From assembly GCA_050084985.1 (NCBI GenBank), contig JBITNC010000001.1:149730001-149794000 (forward strand): DNA of 64,000 bases, read 5' to 3'. Of the stretch, positions 37,424 through 51,704 are shown piece after piece (position 1 is the stretch's first letter; each line of letters opens with the position of its first letter). The DNA comes from Nageia nagi (lineage: Eukaryota; Plantae; Pinophyta). The notes beneath the pieces were generated by a model. The model saw only the letters and a program-made list of their open reading frames with translations, was not told the DNA's origin and did not search any database. Made by a program: the position numbers and the translations under genes.

Positions 37424-40112
37424 GTTGTGAATGATTGAATGATTCTAAAAACTTGTCTTAGATTAATCCTTATGTGAGATTATTTTTTCTCAAAGTCATA
37501 TTGCATTTTTGTTTCTCTTCGGATCATTCTTTTGAATCCATGTTGTTGGATTAATTTTTTTATGGTCTTATGAATGACTTTTTCTTATTGCATTTATGTT
37601 TTGTAAGTTGATTAAGCATGTGGTGATCCAAAGATTAGATTATGTATGTGGATTTTACAAGAGGTTCCCATGATATAATTTGATCTTATTTTGATGTTTA
37701 TCTGGTGTTATTTGATATTTTCCAACTTTGTTGTAAGTTGGTGGATGTGTTTTAAGTATTACTAAAAGTTATCATGCACTATAAGGTTGTTATGCTCTTT
37801 GTCATGATCTGGAACATTGTTCTTGATGTCATTATCTATCGTGGTTTGAGAAATGCATCTTTGTTGAGCTTCACCTCTTGTGTTGTCGTCATTAGCCTCA
37901 TGGTGCGATGTTTAGTGTTAAAGGCTTTGTTGGAGTGCAATATCTCTTTTGTTGATGTCATCAGCTTCACAGTGTGATGTTCACTATTGAGGCTTCACTG
38001 GAGTATGACATCTCTTTTGCTGGTATCATCAACTTGTTGGTGCAACATTTAGTATTGAGGCTTTCTCAGAGTACAACATTTTTTTTGTTGGCATCATCAA
38101 GTTGTTGGTGCGATGTTAAGCGTTAAAGGCTTTATTGGAGTGCAACACCTCTTGTGCTAATTTCATTAGCTTCACAACATGGTGACTAGTGTTGAGGCTT
38201 GCTAGAGTGTGACATAGGTGATGCTGACATCATATTTTCACGATGTGGTATTGGTTGACATGGTTTATCATAGTACGATATATAGGGTGTTGACATCATC
38301 AACTCCAAGTGGCAACATCATTCTTAAATGACCTAACTTTCTCAGAAATAGCCCAACAACTATTGATCTTCTCATAAATGGTCTGATGATAATTGATCTT
38401 CTTAGAAATGACCCAAATTTGTAAATCATAACATGACTACCAAGATAAGGCTTGAATTTCTTGGAAATGACCCAATAACCATTGATCTTCTCCTCCAATC
38501 GTATTATGACCTTACATGTATCGAAAGGGAAGTTAAATTGGTTGGAGATGAACTCAACTGACTTCAAGGGAGTTAAAAGGCAATTTGCGAAGTTATTACA
38601 ACAAAATGGAGCATGAATTTAACTTTAAAGAGAGAAGGAGATGAAGGTTAGAGAGTTTTGAAGGCCAAAACCATTTGCGGATTATTTTCCATCAAGGGTT
38701 GTAGTTGTTTGCTTATTCCAAGTAATTTATTCTTATGTTAAATATGTTGTAAAGGAATTCTTCCTTGTTCTAAACTTCTGCATAGTAATCGATGGATTTG
38801 ATGGTTGCTATTATGGGGGACATACTCTCATAATAAGAGGAACCTCTTAAATACTTATATCAATTATTTTATAGATGCCTATTATTTCGTTTCTATTTTA
38901 CCGCTATAGTAGATGAATAAACTTGCATGTTAATTAAATTGTTGATGCGCATCTCTATTGGGAATTTTGTTTATTTAACAAAAGCTCATCATTCTAGCAT
39001 TTGAGGTATTAAAATTATTTGACTTTATTTTAAAAAGAAATGAAGATATTCTCCAAGCTTCCTCTCCTTCGTATAGCATATGAGAATATTTTTCATAATA
39101 TTTAATATCAAAATTATTCCCTCTAAAGTCAACATTGATTATCAATCATGTGTGGGCCAATCCTACAATGATGTATGTAGAGTACACATTCTTAGATTAA
39201 TCTCTTGGGTGGCTCTCTTATGCATTTAACATGAGTTTAATACATTGTAACATATAAAATATATTCCTTAAGGATTTTAAAAAATAATATTTTATTACAA
39301 AATCCTTCCTATTATGGGTGAGTGTCATGGATATGAAGGATTACTCATGATAATTTAAAAGAATACTTTGTTCTATTCCATCATTAGCTTGTTGGATGTT
39401 GACCTACATAAATGATGTTGAAGTTTCCGTAGATAACATTGATAAATTTATTTGATGATTTCCCCATTTGAATATTGAGCATTGATCTGGACAGGTAATG
39501 AATATTTTGATTTGATAAATCATAGGGTAATATTTTAAGAGAATGTTTGCTCCACCAAATTGAATAAAATAATGTAAAATCAAGCAAGAGTTGGTAAAAA
39601 TGAAGAAATAACAACATTTGAGCACCCTTTCTCTCCAACATAAGTTAATGCAGACTAGAAGCTTCTTAAAAAATTGTATTCTCAAAAGCTTGAGAAGAGT
39701 GTAGCATAGAGAGTTGGCAAAAGGAATGATAAGGAAGTAGTCTTTATCAAGTTTAAAGGTTTTATGGAAAGTTAAAAGATGCAAGGAGTCCTTCAACAAT
39801 TACTAAGAATGATTATAAATTAAGCATATAGAAATAGAGCTAAGGAATAAGCATGGGATAGTATTGTAATTAGTTTTTGCATTATCAAAAAGGGGCAATT
39901 GATGACACTAAGATATGTATGTAATTGATTTAAGAGAAATTAAATAAAATAAGAATTAAACCATGGTAATTAGCCTTCTCATGGGTTTTTCTTCACGACA
40001 TGACTTTGGAAGTTTTCCACATAAATCAAATTTTGTGTCTCCTTGTGTGAATGGTGATTATTATTAATGCTCGATTGGTTTATCTTAAAAGTATGTGAAT
40101 TATATTATATCA
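37424..40112 (+). mobile_element. Degenerate LTR-retrotransposon remnants
   Basis: PPT-like ATCAAAAAGGGGCAAT followed by TG at about 39885-39901 and an LTR-like tail (GTTTTCCACATAAATC..TGTGTCTCC); coding-like debris at 39400-39830. Confidence 0.45.
37860..38260. repeat. ~68-69-bp tandem repeat (about 6 units)
   Basis: TCAT(C/T)A recurs at 37889, 37958, 38026, 38094 and 38163, each followed by GAGGCTT/AAGGCTT..GAGT. Confidence 0.75.
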
Positions 40113-41382
40113 TATAATGATTTGAGTAATATCTTAGTTAGTGAAATAATGGATCAAGTACTTGGGTTCAATGATCAATTGATATGGTTGGATATAAAAA
40201 TTATGAATGCCTCCCTTTAATCTCAACATAAGGGTACCTTGAAAATAATATCATAAGCATGAAATAATATCCTAACTAATGAGGGAAAATTACTTATTTA
40301 AAAGGAGAATAATGTATATGTTGTTTAACTTAGCAAACTCCAAAACTATCTTTGTACATAGCATAGCATAAACTTGTTTAACTTGATGAAAGATTAACAA
40401 TAGTCTTTATATTAAAAATAAATTATTTTTGTTCAATAAAAAAATAACCCATAAAATTATTCATATAATATGGTAATGGTGGGTGTATAGGAAGGAATCC
40501 ATTACACAACAATTTGAAAATATCATCCTTTACGCATTTATAGCTTTATTTTATCATACTTTTAGTTTTGAGTTCATATAATACATGATAATATTTATGC
40601 TCTAACATTGACTTTCATCAACTTATTAATATGTTGAAGAGTTGTCATTTTCTATACTACAACTCTTACTAGTCTTATTAAGGCACCAATACTAGTAGAA
40701 GCCTAATTATTTATATAAGTAACATCATTTTCATATTTACTCTTTTGAGATGTAGATCCTCACTTAGAAGGATTCCAAATATATCTCAAAAAGGAAATAA
40801 TGAAGCAAAAATTTCTTCTTTTTTGATATAATAATGTTTATCTAACTTTTCTTTATTATTAAAAATTGCATCATGATTCATAGGGGCATTCTAGTCGAGT
40901 AATTTATACTTATCTTTTTTTCAGCATAATGCTTAACTTGGGGATACTAGCTTGATACAAATTATACCTATTTTGTACCTTGCTATGCAAAGGGCATGAT
41001 CACATTTTTTTATCATAAAATGCTTTACATGGGGTATCATCCATGGCATCATATAACATATTTAATCTTGAATGCTTACTAGTACAAAAACTTAAAATCT
41101 AATACATGTATATAAAATAAACATCATATGTCATTTGAAAATGATATTTTTTAAAAGATATCTAAATATCGAAGAAGCTTTATAAAAAATTATTTTCATT
41201 TCCATGTTTGAAAAGTCTAATCCTATCTCTTGGTAGCATTGTGGTACCACTGGCTCACATGGACTCAAGATTGATCTCCTTTATTTGCATATTATGCCTT
41301 ATCTCTGATAAATACTTACCATTTATTGAATCACACCAAAACAAGGACCTTGACCATGCCTTACTGAGATAATAAATTCTTT

Positions 41383-41558
41383 GTTGTAAGGATCATTTCC
41401 CGTAGTGTGTTTAGTAGCAACTACGATGACTTTTAGAAGATAGTATTTGGAACATATGTAATATTGTTGAATATCTATAAACTTTTTCATATACAAGTTT
41501 TGAGGCTCTTATCTCTTTGAAAACCCTTTGTAAAAATTTTATCCTTCTCAAAAAAAAA
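41383..41558 (+). mobile_element. Short 5'-truncated LINE 3' end
   Basis: Ends in an A-run, flanked by the TSD AAATTCTTT; empty site in copy A at about 3705. Confidence 0.6.
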
Positions 41559-43174
41559 TTCTTTTTCGATATCAACAATTCATCCCTTTTATCTTATAAC
41601 GATTTAGAACTAACTTTCATCATTTATAGCTTTTTTTCTGACATTAATCTTATATACTTGTAAATGATCTATTACAACTATCCATCCCATAGATCAATTG
41701 ATCTCTAGTAAACATTAATATTTAGCTTTACTTTTTATATGAAAACAAAACCAAATAATAATTTCAAACCTATTACAACTTACCTTCATTTATTATGAAA
41801 TACATTAATATTTCTTATAATACTCTTGAAATTAATTTAAATTGACATCTTAACTCTTCGTTGATAACCACTCTTTTCTTTTTAAATTCAACTATAAGCA
41901 CAGTGTGATTTTATTGTCATGACACAATTTATTTCAAAGTAGTAAAAACTGAATTACTGTTGTGTCTAATTTTATGCTCTATGGATATATTGTGAGACAA
42001 TTTGCAACTGGTCAAAAACATTGTAAAGACAATGAGGGTGAATACAATTAATGCAGTTGACCGACCCAAATATGGTGTGATGAGCCATCCTTATTCGCTA
42101 ATTATGAATGTCAACCCATCAAAGCAGATATGCCATACTAGACTTCTGCCTTCCTAGATGGAAAGTCAATACTTCACTCAAATACCAAATCTCAAATTCT
42201 TAATGTTTGCATAGTTAGAATCCTATAATATTAATATAACTCATTCAAATCAACAACATTTATTGAAGTACAAAACATTGATGTAACATTAAATCACTTT
42301 GATAAAATTGCAAATAAAATATTATTATTACATAAAATGCACTATAAGCAAATGTACAGCAAATATCATTATCACATGTGTGCATATTGCTCTATCGACC
42401 AACAAGAGTGGCCGTCAAATTCATCACATGTTTTGCAAACAGCAGTTAAATTTGACACATTTTATCATCCTAAATACCAATTAAATACATTTAAATTTTG
42501 AGATAGTGGAATATTTCAAATTAAATTTCTAAAGTGTTTAAAATAAATTTCTAACTTTGTTCTTAGTAGGTTCGTTTAACACTTTTAAATATATAGATAG
42601 GAATTTTAAATTTTATTTGCATTAATTTGAGGTTACTCCTTTCACAATATACCATTAGTTATTAAATAAAGTTTTAGCTTAATATATTTAAATGTTAAAA
42701 AAATATAATTATTAGTATTAACAAATAGTTATGTTATTTTTTAAAAGTTATATTTATATTTTTATGATTATTTTATTGAAGTGAAATGTTTTTATTATAT
42801 ATTGTTTAGATAATAAATATATTGTATCAATATCAGTATCTTACTAAAAGTCGTAAACTATTAATTTAAAGCAAAATAATTAATTTAGAGTGTTCTAAAA
42901 TCAAAAGTAAGAAATTGCAATGTTCCAGTAATATGGATCAACATGTTAATTATAGGAAAACAATGAATTGCAAAGGTTCAGTATAATAGTTTACTCATTA
43001 TAGATCTATTTATTATCATCATTATGTCATTTAATATTATTTTTATTTCTATCATTAATTATCCCATAATGCATTATCAATTATCTAGGTTGTATCTAAA
43101 AGTTAATATTATTTTAATTGATCTTAGCTTAGTTTTAAAGCCTATTACTTTCATATAATTAAGTAACTTTGACC

Positions 43175-44410
43175 TTTTTTTTGAGTAATTTATATTGAGA
43201 TGTTGAGTTTTGAAAGGACTAAATACCTTTTTTACATTTTTTTAAATATTTCAAATGTAAAATACATTTATAACTACTAAACTTCATACTAAGATGTATC
43301 TATCACCCGCAGGTCCTAGGTTCCAATCTAGGTGTTGGATGTGTGAGTTGTGTGAATCTGGGTATGTGTAATTAAAAAAAATGACAACCCAAAAGACATT
43401 TAATATTTCTAATCTAATTTGAAACTAGGGCTTGAAAACTTGGAACTAGGATTATCCCCAAATACAAAATTACTCCTAGTGAGGTCTCCTTCACAATTGT
43501 TGGTTGAGTTGGTCATGATGTGACCCTACTTTCAAATTCCATCAAGAGTGATACAATGTACTCCTTGCGGTTGTCCCATAAACGTTAATAAAATTTCTTT
43601 CTTTCTTTCTTCAAAAAGATTCATGAAGTCCACCAAAAATCTTCTCCATAAAAAAATCTTACCAGCAAAGAGCTAAGAAAAAAATAAGACTAAGAAGAAT
43701 CTCTTCTAATGCAAAACTTCCTTCATTTAAAAGTATTCGAATGCTACTCCAAAATGAGGTCGATCAGGGGACTGAAAAAATAAGTATAACTCCATCAGAA
43801 GACAAAACCATGTTTGAAAACTCTGCATCCTCCCAAACAATAACACCTACCTCAAACCTCTTCCAAATATGGCTAAAGAGGATCCCAGGCCTCGATGTTT
43901 CAAGAACCCGAGATGGGTTTTTAGAAAATGGTTGGTGAATCAACTGTTGCACAAAAGCCCGGATCTAAAACTTCTGGATCCAAAAAACCATGCAAAATAA
44001 TTTGAGAGAACCGATTTAAATCTAGAAATTAAAGTGGTTCAACACACAAAAAAAAAAAAAAGCTTTCAATCTCTGAAGGAGAGAAACGTACATCTAAATA
44101 AAAGTCATAAGGGCTTCTTTGGCCTCAAAGGTGTTTCAGCAAGGAAGAAGCCTTGGATCTCATCTGGAGAGAACCAAGACTTCATGGAGATGTCGAAAGG
44201 GTTTGCTCAATCTTTGCAAAACATTTCATGACATGTCCTTTGATCATCTTGGGTATTACCCTTCAACAGACTGTTATGACCATAGAAGGATTATTGGAGG
44301 GGTAGAAGTCGTCAGGCATCCCGTCTCCATCCGTCATCATCCTTCCACTTCGTCGAACCCTAACCCTAACCCTCCTCTGCTACGCTCCATTTTTTAACTT
44401 TTATCAAAAA
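43175..44410 (-). mobile_element. Poly(A)-tailed retroposon of unknown type
   Basis: T-run at 43175; TSD-like TTAAGTAACTTT (43159) / TTAAGTAAATTT (44416); absent from copy B; CG-rich 5' end with ATGGAGCGTAGC and TTAGGG repeats. Confidence 0.55.
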
Positions 44411-46111
44411 CTTATTTAAGTAAATTTTCTTTCTTCTAAATTCTTTCTAGCAAATTTGCATTTGTATAAAATTTTGGAAAAAACCTAAGTTTTCATTATT
44501 ACATTTTTCACGCATTTTAAAAATCTAATATCTATCAAAATTTTAAAATGGTTGAGATTCGTTATAATGATTATGAATTTGGATGTGTATGTCATATTTC
44601 AATTCCTAAATAAATCTCTTGTAGAAGTATAATAATTTAAGTTAAGATTTTATATGTATATTATATTGACCATGAGAAATTATAGAAAGATCATAGATAA
44701 TATTTAAAATGTTCTTATAAATTTTGAAAAAAAAAAAAAAAAACAAATACTAATAAAAAAGAAGATATCAATTCATTTTCTTATGATATGTATAATAGAA
44801 AATATTGTAAAATTAACTAGTTTAGTCGTTTATAATTATTTAGGTATATCAAATATTATTATTATTCTTTTTTGTTAATATTGAAGGTGGTTTTTAGGGA
44901 ACTGATAATCGCTTTACATTTAAGGTAATTTTGAATTTATCCCTCGACCTCCCCAGGGTATGAACAATAGTCCCTTAACCTAAAGGAGGGCTCAAACACA
45001 TTCAAAACTTGGAAAAAATATATCATTTTAAGACCTTGTACATATATTAAGATAGGCATTAAAACTTGTACACTTTCAAAAAAATATTTGAAACTACATG
45101 CTCAAATCTGAAATTTGAAATTTAGACTTCCTGCTCAAAGAGAGAAGTTGTGAGCCTTAGAGGTTGTGGTTCTGAATCTTAAGCCCAACCTTCCAAACTG
45201 TTGGATAGGCTAGGAAGATTCCAGTTGCTGCTCACCTAAGCAAACTAAGCAAGTCCCTTCTTGCATCTTTCCTACTTTTGGGTCAAAACCAGCTCCACCA
45301 TTCCTCCACCTCGACCTCAAACCCCTATGAGCACTTCTAATATACCTTGATTTGCATCCTTTTATGGATTAGAATCCTTTGTTATTATTTTTATTTTTTT
45401 CTCTAATTTTCGACACAAATTTTGACGTAAGTAATATAATTGAAGTTGTGTTGATTTTTGCATCCTTTTTGGTTTTGTTTTTTGCATCATTTGTGCCACT
45501 TTTTGCATCTTCAAGTTGCGTTGGATTGCATCAGAAATGACATTTGATGGTGTCTTTTTTACATCTCTTTTTAAGCATTTTACCCCCTCATACCTAATGT
45601 TACATCTTTTTTGAGTCTAAAATTGCATCGATTTTGTTGAAAAATTATTTAAAAAAATTAATTTTAATATTTAATGTAATTTTTTCTATTTCCATTAATA
45701 CATCAATCATACACCAAAATAATACACCAATCGTATGCCAAAATAATATGCCAATCATATGCCAATAATACATTAAAATAATATGCAAATAATACACCAA
45801 TAATATGCCAAAAATATGTTAAAAATACACCAAAATAATATACCAATAATACGTTAAAATACACCAAAATTGAGTCAAAATACGCTAAATTATGCTAAAA
45901 TATATATGCCAAAATATGGGTCGATAAATAATGATAACATCCACATCAAATTATGTCGAAATAACATACATATATATGTCTGAATACAACAAAATGATAT
46001 ACATTATACATCAAAATATATCAAAATGATATACTCATATGTATCAATACATACAATATATCAAAAATGATATAATGGTATTGTCTACATCATGAATACA
46101 TGATAGTATTA

Positions 46112-47790
46112 CTAGTCCTCAATATTAACCTCCTCTTTATATGCAGACTCACTACCTAAGCCAACACTTGATGTACCACTTGAGGATGCACCACCTAAGG
46201 CACGATCATGACTTGACGACTCACCACCTGACTCACTACCTGAGCCACTATAATGATTAGGTGTTTCCCTACTAGGATGTGTCAACTCATCATCAAAGAA
46301 ATCATCGAATCTCACGTCTCGAGTAGACAACAAATCACTCTCCTTCGATGCACCCTCCTATGATACACCTCAACCCTGTGAATCATGTTTATGATGTAGT
46401 ACTTGCTTGCAAATAATAAAAAATAATTATTAGTGTACATACAATTACACTTACAAAAAATATGCATCACCTACAAGAAATTCATATGCCTTTATTAATT
46501 AAAATAATTGAAATTACTTACACCAGCATTCAACCTATCCCTCAAGACCTAGTAACCATATGTGATGCCATATTATCATTCATTATCATTAGGAAATCAA
46601 TTGAAATTTCTTAATTGTAAAAAAAATTAATTAGTACTATATTAAAGACCATTTATCTATTCATTTTCAAAAATTAAATATCATTGAAAATCACATGTAG
46701 TAAATATACTTACAAATTGGATATCCACATACTTCGCCCCTCCACTTCCTGCTTGATGCATAATATTGCATCCCAATTTGACAAGTTGAGATTTCATCGC
46801 TTTTTCTTACAGCATCTCCAAGCCTTCCACTTTCCTTTCATCCACCTCAGCTACTTTCTTCATTAGCATCTTCCAAACCTTTTTATAAAATAATTAATTA
46901 GTATTATTTTAAAAAAAAATTAATTAATCATGTTCAAATATTAAATATCAATGATAATATTCCATACCTTCTTATGGATGTCAACTGGTTTCTATGCTAT
47001 ATTTTTTTGTCAGGAGAAAGTTTCATCACTTTTCATCTGACATGATCTCTAACCCTTTTTAGATTCAATCTTGCTTGTTGGAGTGCTTTCTTCTTGCTCC
47101 ACCCTTCACCGAATTCATGTTTCAAGTTTTGTTATTATTCTTTTTTTTGCTACAAAAACATAAATTATAACAAATTAGTTTTAGTCTCTTGAAATATTAA
47201 ATGAATAAAAGCAAAACATACACACCAAAAATAATACAAATAATTAAAATAAATACATACCAAAATCATCTTGTTTCTTCCATGACTTGTCAAGAGTTTC
47301 TGCAAATTCTACTATTGTAGCATTCTTGAGAGATTTGTAAAATAGTTGAACCTAAAAAATAGTCGAAATGATATTAGTAAATCAATATACTTATAATCAA
47401 TATGTAAATTTATATTTTTCAAATGTAAACTATTACAATTTTCATCTTTTAGGACCTCTCCATTTGGCCTCACAAAAATTTGAAGATTTTTAGAACCTTG
47501 AGTCATTGTCAACCTAATTTGTTGATTCACTAACTCTACACATACATATATTACATGGATCACATCAAAACATGCTTAAAAATATAAATTAGAATAATTT
47601 TTTATTAATTCTTAATAAATTAACTAATTATAAATAATTACCTGAAGGAGCAGCGCCTTGTCTCTATTGTGTGGTAACACCACCTGCTCCTCTAGCCTTG
47701 TCACCCTCAAGTATTAACATCAACTCATCATGGCTAAACATGCATTTAGCAAATTTGACAACCCCCTTTAACTTCTTTATTTGTTCAAGA
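46112..47790 (-). pseudogene. Multi-exon TnpA/Ptta-like CACTA gene remnant
   Basis: Short exons between AT-rich GT-AG introns; ..FGEGWSKKKALQQAR.., ..IMHQAGSGG.. (similar to the H..GS.G motif of Transposase_24), Ser/Gly-rich C-terminus (ORF 46112-46333). Confidence 0.4.
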
Positions 47791-48814
47791 AATTAAATAA
47801 ATAAGTGATTACATGTCCTATTTAATGAAATATATATAGTATAATTGTAAACTATATTGAAAATAATATCAAATTTACATTTACTAAATTATATTAAATT
47901 TAATAAATGTACTAAATTTACATTTACTAAATTAATGCCAAATTTACTAAATTTTATTTTACATAATTTAGTATATAAGCAAGATTTGTGAAATTGTGAG
48001 TTTAAGAAGCAACATTTTGAAGCATAAGAAGAGTTTTAGAAATTAGGAGCAAAAAAACTTTTTTGGAAAACAAGGAAGTTGAGAATTTCATAAGTATGTC
48101 CCAATTTATGTCGACATTTCATTTTATGGTACAATGTAAAGAATTTATCATAATTTTTTGGTGCATTTTCAATTTTATGGTGCATTGTTGAGAAGGAATG
48201 GATTTAATTTCGATTTTTTTGGTGCATTGTTGAGAAGGAATGGTTTTAATTTCATATTTCATGGTGCATTGTTGATAAGTTCAAGTAAAAATTCATGAGT
48301 AATTCAAAAACCCCTAGCATATGGATTTAATTTCTGATTTTAGGATGCATTTTTGATAATTTATAGTAAAAATTCATGGAGAATTTGAAAAACCCTAGCA
48401 TCTGTAGTGTAAATTCATGGGAAATTGAAATATGCAAGCAAAAACTTACATATCTTGTGAAAAATAAGAATAATGGAGAGGAAATTACAAGAAACTTATT
48501 TACCTCCATCAAAATGCAAAATCCTATGAGTAAACATTCAATAAAGTAAAATAAATTAAAATCAAGTGAAATCAAGTAAAAATTGAGTTAGATTCAAGTG
48601 AAATAAGCTAGAAGGCCACTTACTTGGTGCTCTCCCACTAGCAAATCAAATTTGTATCCTCTTTGACCAAGAAATGGTTATGAGGAAAGTGAAAAATGAC
48701 CCCTATTTTTAATTTTTGAATTATTAGTGTAATCCAATGCAAAAAGGAATGCAAATTTGCATCTAATTATGCTTATTTCGAAAAAAATTAAAAATTTAAG
48801 TTAAAATCATTATC

Positions 48815-49274
48815 ATTTGAGTTAGCAGTTAGGGTTTGGGTTAGCAATTAGAAATTAGGTTAGGGTTAGGGTTAGCAGTTAGGGAGGGTTCGTAGTTACA
48901 ATTACAATTAAGTTTAGTGTTAGTGTTAGGGTTAGGGTTAGTAGTTAGGGTACTTAGTGATTAGGGTTAGGGTTAGCAATTAGGGTTTAGGTTAGGGTTA
49001 ACAGTTAAGGTTTAGATTATGGTTAGCAATTTAGGTTAGGGTTAGTAGTTATGATTATAGTTAGGATTAGGGTTAGTAGTTAGGGTACTTAGTGGTTAGA
49101 GTTAGGGTTAGTGTTAGGGTTAGAGTTAGTAGTTAGGGTACTTAATGGTTAGGGTTAGGGTTAGTGTTAGTAGTGGTTAGCATTTGGTTTAGGGTTAATA
49201 GTAGTTAGGGTTAGGGTTAGATGTGGTTAGTGATTAGTAGTTAGGATTAGGGTTAGTGCAAATTAGGGTTAGTG
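48815..49274. repeat. Degenerate (TTAGGG)n array (resumes briefly at 50258-50272)
   Basis: Runs of GGTTAGGGTTAG mixed with TTAGCAG/TTAGTAG/TTAGTG variants. Confidence 0.9.
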
Positions 49275-50251
49275 GGGTAAGTGTAAGAAGATGAGTCCCA
49301 CTTTGGAGGAAGTCTTATGAACTGCTAGGTTTTTGTATTTTTTAATACTTTTTTATTTTTTTGGAATTATGAAAAAAATATATTTGCATAATCTGCATAC
49401 AATTCTTCATAAGTTAAATAAATAATTAATTAAAAATGATAAGTTTTATTCAAATTATACTTGCCAGACACAAGCATTTTTTGAAACGATAATCATGGCT
49501 AATAAAAATTAATAAAAAATAAAATATTCATGAAAAAATACAAAAAATATCCTCCATAATATTTAGTGTCTTAGGTATCTTTAACCAAAAGTATTTAAAA
49601 AATATTTAAATTTAGGTCTAATTATGTTTGACGAACATGATGGGTATGGTCCTAAAATTGTATTTTTTAAATAATGGGTTTTGTATTTATTTACTAACTT
49701 TTTATTTTTTTTGAATTATGAAAAAAATAATACAATCTACACATAATTCTTCATAAGATAAAAAAACAAATTAAAAATGATAAGTTTAGGTCAAATTATG
49801 CTTGTCGAACACATGCAATTTTTGAAATAGTAATCACGATCAATAAAAAATTAATAAAAAATAAAATATTCATGAAAAAATTACAAAAAAATATCCTCCA
49901 CAATCTTTAGTATCTTAGGTATCTTTTATTTAAAGGATTTTAAAATATATTTTAATTTAGATCAAATTATGCTTGTTGGACATAATGGGGGTATGGTCTT
50001 GAAACTATATTTTTTGAACAATGAATTTTAAACATGCCTATCCAATATTAATTTATATCATTTGGGTATTAGAATAAATTACATATTTGAAAACTAGACT
50101 TTAAGAACTACATTTTTACCAAAGTGACCATTTTTAAGAATTAAACTCTAAGTGCTTCAAATTTTGAGATCAACTATGACTAAACCTAAAAATCAGGGAA
50201 AACACTTCCACTTTTTGGCCAAAAGTGGGACTCATCTTCTTGCCCTTACCA
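49275..50251. mobile_element. Non-autonomous TIR element (MITE-like) with a 4-bp TSD, possibly Sola superfamily
   Basis: TIRs GGTAAGTGTAAGAAGATGAGTCCCACTTT / AAAGTGGGACTCATCTTCTTGCCCTTACC (27/29), flanking AGTG/AGTG, internal ~355-bp tandem duplication. Confidence 0.8.
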
Positions 50252-50284
50252 AGTGCTTAGGGTTTGGGTTAGAATATTTGTAAA

Positions 50285-51704
50285 TGTATAACTATATCTC
50301 TCAAAGCGAATGAGGCCTATAAAATTTTGAAATACCATTACATCTCTTATAGACTACCTCATGGGTTCAATATTTGTAAAAGGATGAATTTTCCATTTAT
50401 TTTGACATTTCCTATTCTCATCAAAACATTGTATTTCAAAAGATTATAATCTATAAAACCTTATCTTAAGTGGGATGGTAATCACCTTGGAAAAGGTTTT
50501 TTCATCAACCAATATTACATCTATTATTTATCCCTTATGATCGTAATTTGGGGCTAACCTTTAGGAGAGATTTTATGGATACATAAAAATTAGAATTTAT
50601 TCAGATAAGGAATTCACTTTCTCTCTAACCTCATTTGTTGATAAACCAAGGAATATATTCATTAGGATAAAATTTGTATCGATTTCAAACTGACCAACAT
50701 AAATAAGGATTCTTTTAAGTATCTAAAAGAACATTTCCCTCTTCACTTACAATAAAAGATGGATAGTTTATTCTAAAAATCATAACAAAATGATTGGATA
50801 TGGTATCTTAACACCCCAATTCATAGTTATAAAGCCTAAGTTTGGTGATTAGTGGATCTCTTCCTACCTCCTTATGATGAATACTTTTAATAAATTTTGG
50901 CTTCTCCATTCACCTAATTAAAATGGGAAGTTAATTTTTTTAACTTTATAAGACCCCTACCAAGTAAGGCTAGATAAGACACTTTTACATGAATTTTTTT
51001 TCTAGGGTCCCCAAATAAGCACCTAATTGAAGGACTTGTACATCATTGATTCTCTTTACCCATAATGATAACTCCAAAAAGAATTTTTGTATACCATCTT
51101 AGCATGTCAAAAATATTATTAGGTTGAATGGATTTGGATATTTCTTTTCTCTCTCTAATTCTTCACTCAGGGTTCCTATGGTGATACATTATATTATAAT
51201 ACTTCATTCCTACCCCCTATATACTTCAAAGTCTAGCATTTGTTTTGATTGGGGATACTACTCTTGATATGAAAATCAATTTTTTTAATTTTCTCCAACC
51301 TACTCCTAATAAATTTGACTATCTTGATATAATGAGAGTTTATTGATATTTTGTTACAAACCTAAAAGGTAATTATGGAGGTAACCTATTTAAGGGTATA
51401 TTTTAATGACACATTGAGGGTAGGCCCAACTAGCCATTTTGAAAACTTAGTATTATTTTATGTTTCCATAAAGGTTATGCAATATTTTTACAAATATTGC
51501 ATGGATCATCACTTCTTATACCCTAATCTAACCATGGGTTATGATGACTTTACAAACATTCCCACTATCACCGTTATCATGATCATTAAGGAGGGGGAAA
51601 TGGTTTCTAACTATAGATGGGTAGAAATTGAGCCCATGTTGCATATGATTGATGATGTGTCCTCTATTACCTTTAGCCTTGATCACAAATTTTTTAATCT
51701 CTAA
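50285..51704 (+). pseudogene. Unidentified decayed ORF inside the CACTA element
   Basis: Coding-like composition over 1.4 kb ending in ORF 51375-51704; no motif recognised. Confidence 0.3.

Larger units (their letters stand above)
40490..44800. repeat. Backbone copy D (with insertions at 41383-41558 and 43175-44410)
   Basis: Aligns with copies A/C over 40535-42520 and with copy B over 42283-43170 and 44416-44790. Confidence 0.8.

Noticed and set aside
44920-45331. Possible Mutator-type terminus upstream of the CACTA end
   Set aside because: No convincing partner TIR or TSD in the window, so it cannot be supported.
48815-49274. True telomere or chromosome-fusion site
   Set aside because: Short, degenerate, single orientation and embedded in TE sequence.
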